A model generated the notes under the pieces. That model saw only the letters and a program-made list of their open reading frames with translations. It was not told the origin of the DNA and searched no databases. DNA of 40,448 bases. It comes from an uncultured Legionellales bacterium. Its GTDB lineage: Bacteria; Pseudomonadota; Gammaproteobacteria; Eutrophobiales; Eutrophobiaceae. The DNA is taken from positions 1 through 40,448 of the forward strand of contig CAJWIE010000001.1 in the NCBI GenBank assembly GCA_913041115.1, in the 5' to 3' direction. Positions within the stretch are counted from its first letter, which is position 1. Each line of letters begins with the position of its first letter. Positions 38,107 to 40,448 of the stretch are shown piece after piece. A program made the position numbers and the translations under genes.

Positions 38107-38664
38107 TTAAATTTCTAGCATTTCAGCCTCTTTTTTCTCAAGGCTCTTTTCAACAAGCACAATATGCTCATCGGTTAACTTTTGAATACGTGACTCTGCC
38201 TTTCGCTCATCATCATCTGAAATAATTTTTTCTTTCACTAGATTCTTGCATGAAGAATTAGCATCTCGCCTTATATTTCGAATCGCCACACGAGACTGTT
38301 CGGCTTCGGCACGAACAACTTTAATTAAATCTTTTCGTGTCTCTTCGGTTAAAGATGGAAGTGGAACCCTAATTACTTCGCCCGCTGTTACAGGATTTAA
38401 ACCAAGATCTGCATTCATAATACCTTTTTCAATATCTGGGATGCTTCCCTTATCAAATGCATTAACACTAAGTGTTCTCGCGTCAATTACATTAATACTA
38501 GCCAATTGGTTAAGCGCTGTACCTGCTCCGTAATAGTTAATTTTTACGTGTTCAAGTAAACTAGGATGTGCGCGACCTGTTCTTATTTTTGCCATCTCAC
38601 TTTTAAGAGACTCTATGCTTTTAAGCATACGATTTTTTGTGTCATTGATAATATCTTCAATCAT
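38107..38664 (-). CDS. frr: Ribosome recycling factor
   Basis: The track ORF begins at TTG 38685. The ATG at 38664 gives [21 protein letters not shown]... (185 aa), a typical Frr length and N-terminus. Confidence 0.95.
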   Translation of the reverse strand: MIEDIINDTKNRMLKSIESLKSEMAKIRTGRAHPSLLEHVKINYYGAGTALNQLASINVIDARTLSVNAFDKGSIPDIEKGIMNADLGLNPVTAGEVIRVPLPSLTEETRKDLIKVVRAEAEQSRVAIRNIRRDANSSCKNLVKEKIISDDDERKAESRIQKLTDEHIVLVEKSLEKKEAEMLEI

Positions 38665-38688
38665 AATTTTTCTACATAAAGCCAATTA

Positions 38689-39414
38689 TTAATTTACTAA
38701 AGTTCCTTCATTTTCTCCCGTGGCAGCTCTTAGAAGTACTCCAGGTTTTGTCATATCTAGTATTCTTAAAGGTATTTTGTTTTCCCTGCAAAGAACGACT
38801 GCAGTTGTATCCATAACACCTAATTTACGCTCAATCACATCATCATAATTCAATGTTTCGTAACGAGTAGCGCCATGATTTTTAACAGGATCAGAGGAGT
38901 ATACACCGTCAACCTTAGTTGCCTTAATTAATAGTTCCGCACTAATCTCTATTGCGCGCAAACTTGCTGCTGAATCTGTTGTAAAAAAAGGATTTCCGGT
39001 TCCTGCTGCAAGAATTACAACACGCCCTTTTTCTAAGTGTCTAACGGCACGTCGGCGAATATAATCTTCACAAACTTGGTTAATTTTTAGTGCTGACATA
39101 ACTCTCGCATGTACCTCAATACGCTCCAGCGCATCTTGCATTGCAAGGGAATTCATTATTGTAGCTAACATACCCATATGATCTGCTGTAGCACGATCAA
39201 TACCTCTTGCTGCAAGCCCAGTACCACGAAAGATATTACCGCCTCCTATAACAATAGCAATCTCTACATCTATTTTAGTAAGTTCAGATATTTCAGCTGC
39301 AAGACGATCAATAACTTTGGGATCAATGCCGTAAGTTTCTTCGCCCATTAATGCTTCACCGCTAAGTTTTAACAAAACCCGTCGATATTTCAGTTCATTG
39401 GGCAAATTAGACAT
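38689..39414 (-). CDS. pyrH: UMP kinase
   Basis: 241 aa. Motifs are [23 protein letters not shown] and [11 protein letters not shown]. Confidence 0.97.
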   Translation of the reverse strand: MSNLPNELKYRRVLLKLSGEALMGEETYGIDPKVIDRLAAEISELTKIDVEIAIVIGGGNIFRGTGLAARGIDRATADHMGMLATIMNSLAMQDALERIEVHARVMSALKINQVCEDYIRRRAVRHLEKGRVVILAAGTGNPFFTTDSAASLRAIEISAELLIKATKVDGVYSSDPVKNHGATRYETLNYDDVIERKLGVMDTTAVVLCRENKIPLRILDMTKPGVLLRAATGENEGTLVN

Positions 39415-39420
39415 ATAAAA

Positions 39421-40290
39421 TTAGTCACCTTTTGCCTGTGACATAACTTCTTCTGCAAAATTATCACTACGTTTTTCGATCCCTTCTCCCACCTCATATC
39501 GAATAAACGATAGAACTTTCGCTTCTGCTGATTTTAGTATTTTTTCAATAGATTGGTCAGGATCTTTTACAAAGGATTGTCCTAATAACGTTATTTCCTT
39601 AATATATTTTTTTATTCTTCCTTCAACCATTTTTTCAATAATTTCTGCTGGCTTTCCACTTTCTTGTGCTTGTGCCATATAAATTTCTCTTTCCTTATCT
39701 AAAACTTCCTTTGCGACATTATTTTCATTGATGTAAAGAGGTTTGCTTGCGGCAATATGCATTGCCATATCCTTCGCCAATTCTCGATCTCCTCCTTCAA
39801 TTTCCACAACTACTCCAATACGTGTTCCATGCAAATAAATTCCAACCTGATTTTTGATGGAATGTTTTTCAAACCGTCTTATAGTGACTTTTTCGCCAAT
39901 CTTTGCCACTAACTGTTGAGTTGTTTCTTCAATAGTCTGATTTCCAATATTGAGTTTCAACAAATCGTTAACATCATCAATATTGTTATTTATTATCGCT
40001 CCAGTAATACCTTCTACGAATGAAAGAAAATTATCGTCTTTCGCAACGAAATCAGTCTCGCAGTTCACTTCAAGCATAACAATATCGTTTTCTTTTTGCT
40101 TAATAGAGATTATTCCTTCTGCAGCTATGCGACCAGCTTTTTTTGCCGCTTTTGCGGCACCTGATTTACGCATTATCTCAATTGCAACCTCAATATCACC
40201 ATTTGCATCGTTCAGTGCCGCTTTGCAATCCATCATACCAGCGCCTGTACGTTCTCGTAATTCCTTAACTAATGAAGCAGTAATTTCCAT
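39421..40290 (-). CDS. tsf: Translation elongation factor Ts
   Basis: 289 aa. The N-terminal UBA-like motif is ITASLVKELRERTGAGMMDCKAAL. Confidence 0.97.
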   Translation of the reverse strand: MEITASLVKELRERTGAGMMDCKAALNDANGDIEVAIEIMRKSGAAKAAKKAGRIAAEGIISIKQKENDIVMLEVNCETDFVAKDDNFLSFVEGITGAIINNNIDDVNDLLKLNIGNQTIEETTQQLVAKIGEKVTIRRFEKHSIKNQVGIYLHGTRIGVVVEIEGGDRELAKDMAMHIAASKPLYINENNVAKEVLDKEREIYMAQAQESGKPAEIIEKMVEGRIKKYIKEITLLGQSFVKDPDQSIEKILKSAEAKVLSFIRYEVGEGIEKRSDNFAEEVMSQAKGD

Positions 40291-40301
40291 AGATATTTCC
40301 T

Positions 40302-40448
40302 TTATGAATTATCCAATAAATCCTTTGTTTCACCTTCTTCATTTACTTCTTTTGTTTTTTTACGTATTGCTTTCTTTTTGGTTGCTTTCTTTTTGGTTAC
40401 TTTCTTTTTGGTTACTTTCTTTTTGGTTGTGGTAGTCTCGTTTTGATT
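40302..40448 (-). CDS. rpsB: 3' end of the upstream gene, presumably 30S ribosomal protein S2, with Lys-rich repetitive C-terminal tail
   Basis: The minus-strand frame is open to the window edge: ...NQNETTTTKKKVTKKKVTKKKATKKKAIRKKTKEVNEEGETKDLLDNS*, with the stop at 40302-40304. The rpsB call rests only on the near-universal rpsB-tsf synteny; no S2 core is visible. Confidence 0.55.
   Translation of the reverse strand, partial: NQNETTTTKKKVTKKKVTKKKATKKKAIRKKTKEVNEEGETKDLLDNS
40369..40428. repeat. Four tandem copies of a 15-bp unit (GCTTTCTTTTTGGTT x2, ACTTTCTTTTTGGTT x2), in-frame within the presumed rpsB tail
   Basis: Read directly. The units are at 40369-383, 40384-398, 40399-413 and 40414-428. 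Each encodes T-K-K-K-[AV] on the minus strand. Confidence 0.9.

Noticed and set aside
40369-40428. Tandem repeat as a possible CRISPR or mobile-element repeat
   Set aside because: The units are directly adjacent with no spacers, are 15 bp long and in-frame within a coding tail, and no cas genes are present.
39950-40435. 161-aa plus-strand ORF with an LLSFW x4 repeat
   Set aside because: It is the antisense shadow of tsf and the presumed rpsB tail. Its repeat is just the reverse reading of the 15-bp tandem repeat.
1-40448. Prophage, integron, transposon or genomic-island boundaries
   Set aside because: I found no integrase, transposase or recombinase ORFs, no tRNA attachment sites and no long direct or inverted terminal repeats. 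The accessory left half looks like ordinary chromosomal gene clusters.

Overview
This is an AT-rich, very gene-dense chromosomal segment with about 45 genes. Many junctions are only 1-15 nt or are ATGA stop/start overlaps. I recognised no rRNA, tRNA, CRISPR array, transposase or integrase.

Right half (21.0-40.4 kb, all minus strand): a housekeeping block in the order typical of Pseudomonas-like Gammaproteobacteria. The order is rpsB(3' end)-tsf-pyrH-frr-uppS-cdsA-dxr-rseP-bamA-skp-lpxD-fabZ-lpxA-lpxB-rnhB-dnaE-accA-tilS, followed by one unrecognisable ORF.

Left half (accessory):
(i) A PQQ-alcohol-oxidation-type neighbourhood. It holds aldehyde dehydrogenase + DUF779, a short type-I periplasmic binding protein, a YVTN beta-propeller, and a NarL/LuxR-type two-component pair resembling ExaDE/PedS-PedR.
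(ii) A complete Vibrio-style TonB2 cluster (DUF3450/TtpB, TtpC, ExbB, ExbD, TonB, TPR/TtpD), followed by a TraB/GumN protein.
(iii) A sigma-54 two-component operon ending in DUF1244. It is divergent from a 24-codon pqqA gene that the ORF track missed.
(iv) A cytochrome b561 gene.
(v) A tightly packed five-gene plus-strand operon at 17.3-20.3 kb. It contains a YafK-like L,D-transpeptidase, a membrane-anchored DUF302, a third MotA/ExbB-family channel, a single-pass protein with an ExbD-like Asp-bearing helix and a non-ExbD beta-rich domain, and a small 2-TM protein.

I consider (v) the best candidate for an undescribed proton-motive-force-driven envelope system. All family assignments come from motif recognition by eye; no database search was run.
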